DNA of 62,836 nt, counting the filler, from Asterionella formosa (taxonomy: Eukaryota): the NCBI GenBank assembly GCA_002256025.1. It is 24 parts of 24 records of this genome, joined end to end, with 100 filler letters (N's around TTAATTAATTAA, not from the genome) between each part and the next. Parts side by side here need not be neighbours in the genome. Positions count along the whole stretch, not along the records: positions 1 to 1,120 come from NKIB01004197.1; positions 1,221 to 2,340 come from NKIB01004198.1; positions 2,441 to 3,560 come from NKIB01004199.1; positions 3,661 to 4,780 come from NKIB01004200.1; positions 4,881 to 22,859 come from NKIB01004201.1; 19 more parts are not named here. One strand, written 5' to 3'. Position 1 is the first letter of the stretch; each line of letters opens with the position of its first letter. This document shows, in pieces, positions 1-10,836 of this stretch. The translations under genes were made by a program, and so were the position numbers. The notes under the pieces are model-generated. The model made no database searches. It was not told the origin of the DNA and saw nothing but the letters and a program-made list of their open reading frames with translations.

Positions 1-272
1 ATTGATAGAAAAAGTAATCTGAAGTAATCACAACATTGAAAGGGGTTAATCTGAAAGTAGATTAAAGTGTTGTCGAAAACTAGCTAGTGGAGAACTAGTA
101 GTACTGGACACTAGTTGTGTAAGTACTATCAAGTAGATCTGGAACATCTCAACACGTTTTTAAAAACAATTGCTTGTGGAAGTTAAGGTCACAAAGACAA
201 GAAGTGATTGTGCAAAGGATGAGTGAAGCAAGTTGGTCAGAGAAAGAAGATTTGACAAAAGAAGAGATGTAG

Positions 273-1119
273 TTGGTGAGACAAGATGATGAAGCAAAGC
301 ATTTTCTTATTTTGTCATGCAGAGGTGACGCTTTTGCAATCATTGAATCATATGAAACAGCATACCAAATGTTTCAAGCTCTCAAGGACCGGTACAACTC
401 AAAGAAGACAAAAGATTTGGAAAAAGCAACAACCAAGCTTGAAAAGTGTTACATGAAATCAGACATAGATGATCCCTACCTTTGGATTGTCGAAATGGAA
501 CGATTGAACAGAGAAGTGGAAAAGTGCGAAAATGGATCAAGACGCAGTGAAGAGCAAATGCAAGCAACTATATTAGCAAGACTACCAAAACGAAGATATG
601 AATCAGTGATTTCATCTCTAAATGGAAAGATTGGTACAAAAGGATTTGACAATAAGGACTTCATTGCTGAGATCATTGGCTGGCCATTATGAGATGTTTG
701 CGGAGCCATTCAAAAATCGTCAAAATCGCGAAAATCAAGATCAAAGAGAGAACAAGGAAAGAGGAAAGCATCTGGCTCTGAATACTACAAGTGGAAAAGG
801 TGCCTGGAGAACTTTAAAGGTAAATGCAACAAGTGTGGAAGACAAGGCCACAGAGCAAGAGACTGCAGAAGCAATGGCAACAGCAACAACAGTGGAGAGA
901 AAGACATTGAAAAACCGAAGGTGAAGTGCTACAGTTACGGCGGATTTGGTCACATTGCAAGAGATTGTCCAAAGAAGGAAGAGTCTGGTATGTTTGTTGG
1001 TATGACAATCCGTGGAGCTGATATCCGGGAGGATGATGTCAAGAAGAATCAAGATGCTAAATCAGAGTATTTTGACACAAATAAATTTGCAATTGAACTT
1101 TTGCAAGAAATTGCAGACT
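273..1119 (+). mobile_element. Degenerate Ty1/copia (CoDi-like) LTR-retrotransposon gag fragment, frameshifted, truncated by contig end
   Basis: Copia gag-like segment (AYQMFQALKDRY...DPYLWIVEMERLN...ILARLPKRRYESVI). After frameshifts near 680 and 812 come a CX2CX4HX4C knuckle (GKCNKCGRQGHRARDC) and a degenerate second knuckle (KCYSYGGFGHIARDC). Confidence 0.85.
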
Positions 1120-1220
1120 ANNNNNNNNNNNNNNNNNNNNNNNNNNNNNNNNNNNNNNNNNNNNTTAATTAATTAANNNNNNNNNNNNNNNNNNNNNNNN
1201 NNNNNNNNNNNNNNNNNNNN
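1120..1220. other. Artificial contig-joining spacer (N-run + TTAATTAATTAA + N-run); the same spacer recurs at every contig junction in the window
   Basis: Identical palindromic 12-mer with stops in all six frames, embedded in N runs, e.g. at ~1145, 2385, 3605, 4825, 22904, 24123 ... 61667. Confidence 0.98.
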
Positions 1221-1289
1221 TTAGAACGCATTTCATTTTCATATCGCTCGCTCGTTTCTGCATTTGGCATACTGTACTTGAATTAACTA

Positions 1290-1730
1290 TTGAACTTGTC
1301 CGCATCTTTGATACCATCAAGAGAGCGAAAGCAAGTGGCTCTTTTCACTGTTGTTTGCTCGTAGGAAGAGTAGGAAGAATTTGATATCTGTATCGTCATT
1401 TGCTTGTTGGAATTGTCCGTTGCCTCAAACTTGCTTGGCGTGTGCGTGCACACACTGTCGACTTGTTTTCAATGGTATGTTGTTCTTGTATTCACGGTTG
1501 AACTTGTCCGTATCTTTTTTACCATCAAAAGAACGACGCAGACGAAGTGGGTCTCTTCATTGTTGTTTGCTCCTGGAAAAGTCGGTGTCCGTGTCATCCT
1601 CATCAATAGAGAGACAAGTTCTTTCATTGGAAAAATTGGTACCCGTGATATCATCATTCGCTCGTTGGAACCACTGTCCGTTGCGTCAAACCTGATTAGC
1701 GTGTGAGTACTGGCATGTGCACTGTCGACT
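1290..1730. repeat. Diverged tandem duplication (two ~210-260 bp units)
   Basis: ttgaacttgtccg(c/t)atcttt at 1290 and 1498; tc(g/a)tcatt(t/c)gct(t/c)gttggaa...tgtccgttgc(c/g)tcaaac at ~1393 and ~1651; cactgtcgactt at ~1453 and ~1720. Confidence 0.75.
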
Positions 1731-2160
1731 TTAGTAAATTACAGGCGGAGTGACTTCGCTACTAAATTGCGTGATATAATAATATACCCTGTAGCACGAT
1801 GCAGAATATAGTTGCTTCCCAATCATCTCATCTTGATTGATAAGATGATACTGTGATATCATGATAAGGTTACATCGATTCATACATCAGCCACCTAAGT
1901 ATGATACATAATATTGAATAAAGTACATCACAGAACTAGCTATGATACACTGATCATAAAATTATGATGATTTTATAAAATGTTTATGATATAATTTTGA
2001 TCAAAATATGATTATGTTAAAATAATTCAATGATAATAAAATACGATAAAATATATACGCAAGTGTTACCAAGACATCATAGAAAAAAAATCAAGCAATC
2101 ATAAAGTATGTTAATAAATATATGTGTTTGTAGTTTAATGTATACAGTTAAAGTCAACAG

Positions 2161-2340
2161 TTAATATGATAGTATTATACAGTGGATAGCAAGTGTTGGT
2201 CGATCAATCGGCGAAATCACTGGAGAAACAGATGTAATAGGACCCTCTGTGATTGGGCTAGGAGAAGCGACTGGAGATACAGAAGAAACTGGGGGTGCAT
2301 CAGGAGGAAGTGTAGCAAGTGTTGGTCGGTCAATAGGCGA
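2161..2340 (-). CDS. 3' end of a Ser/Pro/Thr-rich (mucin-like stalk) protein, 5' part missing
   Basis: Minus-strand reading SPIDRPTLATLPPDAPPVSSVSPVASPSPITEGPITSVSPVISPIDRPTLAIH..., with the SPIDRPTLA motif repeated, typical of diatom surface-protein stalks. Confidence 0.45.
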   Translation of the reverse strand, partial: SPIDRPTLATLPPDAPPVSSVSPVASPSPITEGPITSVSPVISPIDRPTLAIHCIILSY

Positions 2341-2440
2341 NNNNNNNNNNNNNNNNNNNNNNNNNNNNNNNNNNNNNNNNNNNNTTAATTAATTAANNNN
2401 NNNNNNNNNNNNNNNNNNNNNNNNNNNNNNNNNNNNNNNN

Positions 2441-3435
2441 AGGGTCGTTCTTATCATTTTTTTTCGTGTATCACGGAATTTGAATTTTTTTGAAAATGTA
2501 TCAGCAACGGTAACTCGATTTGAACTGAATTTCATTCATTCCAAAAGTGTCACTGTATCACTAATTTGTGATCACAGTGTATCATGGAGTAACAAGGATT
2601 GTCAACGGTGACAGGCCAGCTACGAGCATCTAGATATATATGAGCAGTAATATGCATATGCGTAGCTTAAATAAAAATAACAACCGGAATAAAAAACAAA
2701 TATCATATCATCTTACGGAGCCTGTGCGGTACATGCTACTAGCCCCTGGTACCAGGTATTGAGAGACTCGTCAACACATTGACCATGTCGATAATCAGCT
2801 ATTTCTCCATCAAAATGGCAAAGGAGTCGCTGCGCTTTTGCGGTCTAAGATATCATTGTACGAACGATGAAATAGAAAAGGAAATATAGATATATCTTTA
2901 AAATTGCATAAGAAATTACGAATCAACAATGTAGAAGAGGAACATTCGTCATTTTATATGATTGCAAACAGAACTATTGATTTGTTATGGCAACGACTAA
3001 AGCTATGACTGCTAAAACGACTACAATAATACTATTATATGACAAAAGTGCTTGCAAAAAGTGGTGTTAGGTTAGTCTTTGTGTTATAGACGCCATTAGA
3101 TCAATCGATTGCACCAGTGGCGTTTTCAAGTTGCGCTGTGTTGCTGATGTTGATTTTCCCATCCACAAAATAGATTATATAGTTGGCGCTGGCATGTCTA
3201 CAGTTATTTTATCAGTGGCAACGGACGTGATACACAGTGATCAACGGCTTGATCAGTGATACAGCATTGGTCAGGGGTCCAAAAACTGTATCAGTGATAC
3301 ACCCATGATACACCGGTGATCAGACCAAAAAAACCGTTGGTGATACACAAAAAAAAACCAAACCGCCATTTTTGTATCATATTTCGGCGATGATACACCA
3401 ATGACAACAAATAACAGAATGATAAGAACGGCCCT
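2441..3435. mobile_element. ~995-bp non-autonomous TIR element with TGATACA subterminal arrays; same family as the element starting at 39787
   Basis: TIR agggtcgttcttatcatt (2441-2458) versus aatgataagaacggccct (3418-3435), 17/18 match. Many TGTATCA/TGATACA motifs near both ends. 2441-2800 aligns by eye to 39787-39962 plus 40555-40715. Confidence 0.8.
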
Positions 3436-3660
3436 CAGGACCAGCCACTCTGAAATTTGAAATTCCAGAGCCAAAGCAATTATTACACCTGTACTGTACA
3501 TACCTTTTCATACATAATAGATTAGCTGGAATGCCAGGTACCTTCTGCTACGCACGACTANNNNNNNNNNNNNNNNNNNNNNNNNNNNNNNNNNNNNNNN
3601 NNNNTTAATTAATTAANNNNNNNNNNNNNNNNNNNNNNNNNNNNNNNNNNNNNNNNNNNN

Positions 3661-4780
3661 ACAAGCGCCTATGTTGCTACATTCTTGGGGAAGATGGAAC
3701 CTGGAAAGGCGCGGTATGGGTGGTATTTCCGACACCACATACCGTATTTGGAGAGGGTGGGACCAAGCTTGGCACCTGCGGCCGCAGGTGCTCAGATAAA
3801 CCCACCCGGATCCCCAACGCCCACGATACCACCAGATGGCTGTGGGGCACCACTGGTGGTGGGCACCCTTAACATCAACGGGCTGCAGCGGAAAAAAACC
3901 GATCTTCGGTTTCTGTTGCAACAAACCCGGTGTGATGTTATGGCGGTGCAGGAGACGCTGCTCCGATCAACGGATTGGCAGCTTCGTTTGCCAGGTTACC
4001 ATTGCCTCACAGCAATGGGGGACCTGACAGCGTCGCAGCGAGGTGTGGCAATACTGGTGTCGACCAAATTCAACTGTACCCCAGTTGGTAAGGCCACACC
4101 ATTTTGGACTTTTGCGAGAGTCTATGGGGCCACCATCTTGAGGCCTATTCTTGTGGGAACAATCTATGTCCCATGCAGAGCGGATCGCATCCGAGTGCTC
4201 AGGGCCCTGCCCCGAGCCTTGGACGCTCTACATCGGGAGTTTCCAGAAGATCCCATTGTGATGATGGGAGACTTCAACATGAAGATGACGGAGTTGCAGA
4301 TTCTGATGGGACCGTGGCGGCTTCCCTTTCGGGTGTTACCCATCCGAGGGGGGGCCTCCACTCGCCAAAGCCGGCGGGAGGGACAGCCAACACCTGCCAT
4401 TGATTTCATCACATATTGTGGTGACACAGTGGCGGCTGTCCCCCCTGCCAGGGTCCTCGACACATGGGATATTTCGGACCACTTCCCAGTTGTTGCGGAC
4501 CTACCTGGGCTTACCAGAATCCCAGATATGGGGATTGCCCCACCACGGCCGGAATCACTGTACCGGCGGATTGTGATGGAGGAGAAGGAACTCAAAGTAA
4601 CCGCAACTGTGGCTAGTAGTAACTATTGGCAGCCACTAGCTGACTCGCTGGAAGAGGACCTGGAGGATGTAATCGAGTGTTCACATTCACTCGAAAACCC
4701 CACCAGTTACCACCAGGAAAGGTTGGATGGTATGGCCAAGAAGTTCACTACAACATGTCACCAGGTGGCAGAGGACCTGA
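3661..4780 (+). mobile_element. Non-LTR retrotransposon (LINE) ORF, APE-type endonuclease domain; partial
   Basis: EEP/APE motifs GTLNING, AVQET, RGVAILV, MGDFN, IDFI and SDH. The frame is open across the contig and continues in contig 27834-28952. Confidence 0.93.
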
Positions 4781-4880
4781 NNNNNNNNNNNNNNNNNNNN
4801 NNNNNNNNNNNNNNNNNNNNNNNNTTAATTAATTAANNNNNNNNNNNNNNNNNNNNNNNNNNNNNNNNNNNNNNNNNNNN

Positions 4881-5700
4881 TGGGCCAAATATTCTTGCTG
4901 CTACACTGGAACGGAAGCGAATTTCAGACATTGTCATTAGTACAAAAGAAACAAAAAGGCAACAAGAATTCAATACACTTCGCGGAAAAGTACTTACATT
5001 GAAGGAATAGAACAGAACAAAACAAAAGAACAGATGTCTGTGCCAGAATTGAAATTACTGGTGCGTTGGTACAAACGATCAGGTGATTTGCCGGTTCCAC
5101 AAACAAGGCAAGCTCTGATTACAAGATTCGACGACACCAATCACCGTGGTGACCAGCAGCCGCCATTCCCTCTCCATACACCTCCTATTGCTGTGATTGT
5201 TGTTACTGCACCTCCTCCTGTTGCTATTCCCTCTCCTTCTACAACTGCTACTGCCGAGGATCCACCATTCCGTGATGAAGTTTGAGACTCCGCCAGCAAG
5301 TAATTGGATGCAAAGAAGCTCGAGATTTATATAATGCATCAGAAGAATTCTCCGACGATGATGCTGCCCTGCAAAAGTGTAAAACGTAAAGTAAAAAGGA
5401 AATAATTTTTGTAGTATTAACGGAGTAAAAATAAACACGGTTTGGGGGGAAATATATACATGTACAGATAGAAAAATATGCACTGTAAGCCACTGCTATG
5501 CAATAATATATTAGTGACTTTGGAAAAATTATTTCTTCATGGCTATATACACAGAATCAAAACTGATTCCTTAATAGTATAGCAGAGAGCATTGTCTAAC
5601 ATAAGCTTTGTACTTGCGTCAAGTTTTGATCGTTGAATTACATAAATATTTTTAGTCGAAAGATAGAGTAAAATAACGGTGGCTTGCAGTTTTTAAGTGG
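4881..5700 (+). mobile_element. Probable decayed 3' end of a pogo/Tc1-mariner-type DNA transposon
   Basis: Broken reading GPNILAATLERKR...TLKE*...MSVPELKLLVRWYKRSGDLPVPQTRQALITRF resembles C-terminal tails of diatom DDE transposases; in-frame stop and frameshift present. No catalytic core on this contig. Confidence 0.35.
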
Positions 5701-5827
5701 TACTCTTGTACCAGGTACCTTGCGCATATGCATTCCACCTCACTCCAAGGAATAGAAACACCGGTTCCCATGACTGATGTTGTCATAGACCACTACGGTT
5801 AGCAAATCCGTTCCATCCAAGCAGGAA

Positions 5828-7096
5828 ATGAGCAGTCCGTTCAGAGCACGCGACTCAACACGAAAGATACAAATACTTTTCCTTGTTGTCTCTCTGTTTC
5901 AAGTCACACGTTGCTCCTTCACAACATTCACTATGCACGAATCTCGTCGATCACATCGATTAAAACGTCAGAGCAACGGAAAGCCTCCTTCTGACCATCC
6001 TCGCAACACCAAAAGGCGACGCAATGCGCAGCTATTTGCTGGTCAACTGCCCATCGTGATCGCGCCAACGTTTTCCTTTGGCATCGTCGCTGACATTCAG
6101 TATGCAAATGTTCCTGATGGAACGAGCTATGCTGGGATTCCTAGGTTCTATAGACATTCTCTGGATGTTGCGCGTCATGCAGCACAGCACTACCAGGAAG
6201 AGAAAGTCAGTCTCGTTGTGAATCTTGGTGATATTGTAGATGGAAAGGCACAAGATGTGGAAGCTCATGGCGGAGACAAACCCCCAAATGATGTTGACCC
6301 AGGTCATGCCGCCATTGATGATGTGTTAGAAGCACTTTCGGTCTACAACCATGGACCAATTTTACATACTTACGGCAATCATGAACTATATAATTTACAT
6401 CGCGATGACCTTGGAAGGAAGCTGGACATTCCATTTGTTATGGAGCCATGTGGCGACTTGGTGGGGTATCGATCACATTGTCACGGAGGTGTTCGATTTG
6501 TGGTATTGGACACTTATGACGTTTCCCTTATGCAACGGTGTCCACAAACATCACAGAAATGGCGTAAAGCCGAAGCTATTTTAGCTCAACACAATCCCAA
6601 CTTCCCAAAGTATGAAAACTCACCACAAGGACTATCAGGAGTCAAAAAACGATATGTCGCATTCAACGGTGCTATCGATGTGCTGCAATTAGAGTGGCTC
6701 CAACTGACACTGGAGTCAGCCAGAGAAAGATGCGAAAAAGTAGTTGTTATCTCACACCAACCCATCCTTCCTGGTTCCAGTGCCTCCGTCTGTCTAGTTT
6801 GGAACTATCCAGAAGTGTTGCAGATCTTGCGATCATTTTCAGACGTTGTTGTGGTCTCTTTTAGTGGGCATGCCCATAAAGGTGGGTACAAACGAGATAC
6901 AGTGAGTGGAATTCATTTTCGAGTCATTGAAGCGGTCTTAGAGAATAATCACCCCCACAAGACATACGGTTTATGTGATGTATACCAGGATCGACTTATT
7001 TTGAGAGGCTTTGGAAACTGCACATCAGCTGAGTTCGATTTTGAACATACTCACTCCAGTACTGCATCTGCAGAATCATCACATCCTATAGTGTAG
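5828..7096 (+). CDS. ADPRM: Mn2+-dependent ADP-ribose/CDP-alcohol diphosphatase (calcineurin-like metallophosphoesterase)
   Basis: Motifs FGIVADIQYA, NLGDIVDG, YGNHELYN, FNGAI, SHQP and SGHAH; the DIQY variant is diagnostic of the ADPRibase-Mn family. Confidence 0.88.
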   Translation: MSSPFRARDSTRKIQILFLVVSLFQVTRCSFTTFTMHESRRSHRLKRQSNGKPPSDHPRNTKRRRNAQLFAGQLPIVIAPTFSFGIVADIQYANVPDGTSYAGIPRFYRHSLDVARHAAQHYQEEKVSLVVNLGDIVDGKAQDVEAHGGDKPPNDVDPGHAAIDDVLEALSVYNHGPILHTYGNHELYNLHRDDLGRKLDIPFVMEPCGDLVGYRSHCHGGVRFVVLDTYDVSLMQRCPQTSQKWRKAEAILAQHNPNFPKYENSPQGLSGVKKRYVAFNGAIDVLQLEWLQLTLESARERCEKVVVISHQPILPGSSASVCLVWNYPEVLQILRSFSDVVVVSFSGHAHKGGYKRDTVSGIHFRVIEAVLENNHPHKTYGLCDVYQDRLILRGFGNCTSAEFDFEHTHSSTASAESSHPIV

Positions 7097-8513
7097 TGTG
7101 AACTACATAGTTAAAGTTGTATATGATGGGCATCAGGTTGTTGGCTATGGCAAATGCTATTAGAAAAACAAGAACAGGCACAAAAGTGATCCCCTTATGG
7201 CTAGATTACATCAGACATCTGCTGTCACAAAAAGGACGGATTTTCACACCACAATTTGTCCCTCAACAAAAAAGAAAATCTATCACTAGCTTAAGAATCA
7301 GGGACCATTCAGCAAAGAACTCACTCTGCAAGGCTATTTGGAAGAGAGTTGGACCAAGGTGGCAAAGAGTTCCAACATTGACAACAACACGAGTCCAGGG
7401 AAATCACATCAGTCATTGCTACCATCAGCTATCCCAAATTTGTGGATAGTAATCCACAGATAATGGACAGACAGAAACAAAATTCATCATTGCAAAAGCA
7501 ACCTCAGCATAGCACAATCTGATCTCAATCAGCAAATCAAGCAATATTACAAGCACAAAGGCAAAATGAGTATAAGAGATTCCCATCTTGTCTTGATCAC
7601 ACTACTAAATCTCCTTGCATCCCAATTGAACCGAAAATTCAGGTTTTTGGAAAGAGGCAAATACATATTTAATGCATCCAAAGGCACCAAGGGGAAGGAA
7701 TCTCTACACATATTTCCCAAGCAACACACTGGAGACAAGGACACTGACATCATTGACCCTTCAAAACACTTGTGTGTGGCCCAAGCAACCCCATTACAAA
7801 AAATCCACGCTACAAATCCAATTCCCGTGCTGACATGAACAACTCAGCTACATGGATAGGACCCAAGACCACAGTTACTAAATTTTTTAACCAATACTCC
7901 TTCTTGAGGCAGTGGCTGCCAACACATATTCCACTGCCCCACCTTAACAACACTAGGATAAAGGCGCTATAAAACTGATTTATAAAAAAAATCACTCAGC
8001 ATACCAATTTGTTGCCAACTACCGGTATATCTTGTACTTTTTAAATATCCTCCATGGTGGTACAAGCAGTGCAGGAGTACATACTGATGATATTCCTAAC
8101 TGTAGCTACTTTGGCTGCACTTCCCCGTAATTTCAGCAATTACGAAACTGCTATGCCAGCATAAGGTAAAATGGAGCAAAACCTTCAAATATTGAACCCA
8201 CATTCTGGCATTTGACCAACATCATTCTCCGCATGGTTGTGATGACTTTTGGCAGTATGCTCATTTGCAATATTGATATGTCGCGAAAAGGCATTACTTG
8301 AATATGATGCTCAATCAACTTGGCAGGTTTCTCCACATAACCCCATTGGACATCAACCTTGTTGGTTGTTCCAAGTGATATCGAACCCCTGTCGCATTCA
8401 AACCATTTGATGCATCTACACAAATTTGGGCACATATTCACAACCATGCAATTTCGTACAGGAAGCATCTTTAACACTTTATGTCTAAATGGTTAACCCA
8501 ACTACTAAGTTAT

Positions 8514-9760
8514 TCATTCGGCGATCAATTCCTTGGCCCCAGAGGAGTCCAAAATGGGAGGGTCCCACTTATCGTAAGCACCTCGTTCAGAAATCAAATT
8601 GGACTTGCTTCCAACAATGATCTCCCAGTCTTCACCGAGCTGCATCTCCTTCTCATGCCCACCTCGGGCCTTGTATCCCTCAAAGTACCATGCAAGATCT
8701 TCTTTTAATGAATTTTTTGCTCCCTCCCATCCAATCTTGGCCTTGGCCATATCAGGCGACACATAGAAATCAGTCATGCGGAATGGAAACTGCGCCTTGC
8801 CGAATACATCGGCATCATAATGTTCGATCATAACCTTTTCCTTGGGAATACCAGCAGCTTCAGCACACAAGTAAGCAACGTCATCGTACGAACAAAGCTG
8901 ATCTGTGCCACAGTTGAAGATTTTTTGTTCGACTGCTGCTGCTTCATTGTTCAAGACAGACGCCAACAGACAAGCCACGTCTTGGGCGTTGGTCAAGCTA
9001 ACTTTTTGGGTGCCATCCCCGGGGATGGGAAGAGGAAGCCCACGAGTGAGGCGGTCAAAGTACCAGTCGATGTAATCGTACTTGTTAGCCTTGGGGCCAT
9101 AAATGTACTGTGGACGAAAGGCAACAAATGGAAGGCCCTGTGAAATAGCATATTTCTCGTACAAGACTTGTCCAGCGGAATCCTTTGCTGGTGTAGTCTC
9201 GGCCATAGGAAAAACAGTATCGGCAGTGGGCTTATATACACCAGCACTAGAAACATAGGTCAATAGCTTGCATCTCCAGTCCTTAGCACAGTCAACGACA
9301 GCCTTTCCAGTACCAGTGTCATCTTTGCTGGCGTTGTCCCAGATATAGTCAAAGGATTCGCCACCCAACAAGGATTGCATTGTGGCAGCAGTCATTTCTT
9401 TATCAGCAAGAGGGGCCTTAACGATCTTGACATCCGGAAGATCAGATTCATATGACTTGAACGGTTCTTTCTTATCGTTGCAAGCATCGTCTTGCAAAAT
9501 GGTTATGGACGTTATAGCGGGGTTGGACTTTAATTGCTTGGCGAGCTGATATCCTACAAGAAGGTGAAGTGAGTTAGAAGCCAGGAAGCGTCCTCAAGGC
9601 GTAAAAACCGCATCATTTTCTTCGCGACCTTGAACTCACCGAGCTCTCCGTGTCCGCCTCCCTTGTTTTGAACGATGAGAACTGACTTCATGGACAGGCT
9701 GAATCCCTCGACGGATGCAGCAAGTAGTATGACAACAGTTGAGATACCCGCAGCAATCAT
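8514..9760 (-). CDS. CSP41: Chloroplast stem-loop RNA-binding protein CSP41-like (atypical SDR/NAD-epimerase fold); 2 exons (9760-9640, 9553-8514)
   Basis: VLIVQNKGGGHGELG|YQLAK, YVSSAGVY, FRPQYIYGP, WYFDRL, PGDGTQ and FPFR motifs; GT-AG intron 9639-9554; signal peptide + VEG-F plastid presequence. Confidence 0.85.
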
Positions 9761-10268
9761 GATAAGATTTATTGACCGCTATCAAAAACGAGAATGGAAC
9801 AAACGGATCAGGATGACGAGAAACTTTGCTGACGATATGTTCTTGATCCAGATCGTTGTCGTTTCAACAATGTGTTACCTTTATTCCGAAAAGTGAGACC
9901 TCACAATTGGTGCCAGAAATAATGTTGGATGTGTAAAAATACCGGTAGAGTTTATTAGAGAGTTCCCGCCAGTACGTGTCTATACACATAGAGAGTAAAT
10001 ATAATTTAATTTATTGGAACATACAAAAGATGTACGTAAGCAATCCACTACCGGTATATACAAGCAATTCTCGGGGTACGTACTACGTTTTAATTATGGC
10101 ATTGATTTTGATTGTTGCTGTTTCGTCATCAGTTTGCTACGTCATTGAAGGAATCCTTGCTTTGCTTGTCAGCATAACGGCGATCGACGGTGCTATGGTA
10201 CCCTGGTAGTCACGATTCCTAAAGGAAATTTATTGTTGACTTCAACTTGGAGCTTTCCGCCAATGTTC

Positions 10269-10410
10269 CGGTACCGGTTTCTGGTACCGGTACCTTGCAG
10301 TAGACTACGACCAGTCTACCGGTACCTGGTACACGTGGTATACCAGAGGTACCAGGTACCCCCGGTACCCTGGTGGTACTAGCACACCTGGTACTGGTAC
10401 CAGAGTACCA
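10269..10410. repeat. GGTACC/ACCGGT/CCWGG-rich palindromic low-complexity tract in a divergent intergenic region
   Basis: Dense run of ggtacc, taccggta and cctggtacc; similar tracts at ~14528-14610, 32615-32765, 38280-38350 and 46890-46945. Confidence 0.8.
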
Positions 10411-10500
10411 GCAAGTTGCGGTAATTTTGCTGAAACTAACAATTTAATATCGGATAAAGATAGCTAAACTTTTAGTTTCAGTAAAATTAACGCAACTTGC
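10411..10500. mobile_element. 90-bp hairpin mini-MITE with 30-bp TIRs
   Basis: gcaagttgcggtaattttgctgaaactaac (10411-10440) is the reverse complement of 10471-10500 with 3 mismatches; second, diverged copy at 14619-14710. Confidence 0.8.
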
Positions 10501-10836
10501 AGGTACCTGGCATTCCAATTTGCCTCCTCTTGGAAAGCCAGCTAAATTCTACAGGATGTAATCCGTACAGTACCTGGTACAAGCCGGGGTACTGTTACGG
10601 ATCTGGTAAAATTAAACATCCATGTATTTAGTACTAGGTACCTGGTACCGTTTTCAGCATATATTCACCATCAACCTTCCGCCTCGTGATGTGGAAGGCT
10701 GGGACCACAATAAAACCAACTTGACTTTATTCTACTAGGTGATGCCAATCTTTCCAGCTTCTCATTGACGACCAATCCAAAACTTGGTAAAACACTGCTC
10801 TCAGTTCTTTTCATCCATATATTATCACGAAGAATC

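Noticed and set aside
1145..1156. Regularly recurring TTAATTAATTAA palindrome as a CRISPR-like repeat or regulatory site
   Set aside because: Always embedded in N runs; it is an artificial six-frame stop linker.
7117..8480. Short ORFs between ADPRM and CSP41
   Set aside because: No recognisable motifs; CpG-poor, probably decayed sequence; no gene call can be supported.
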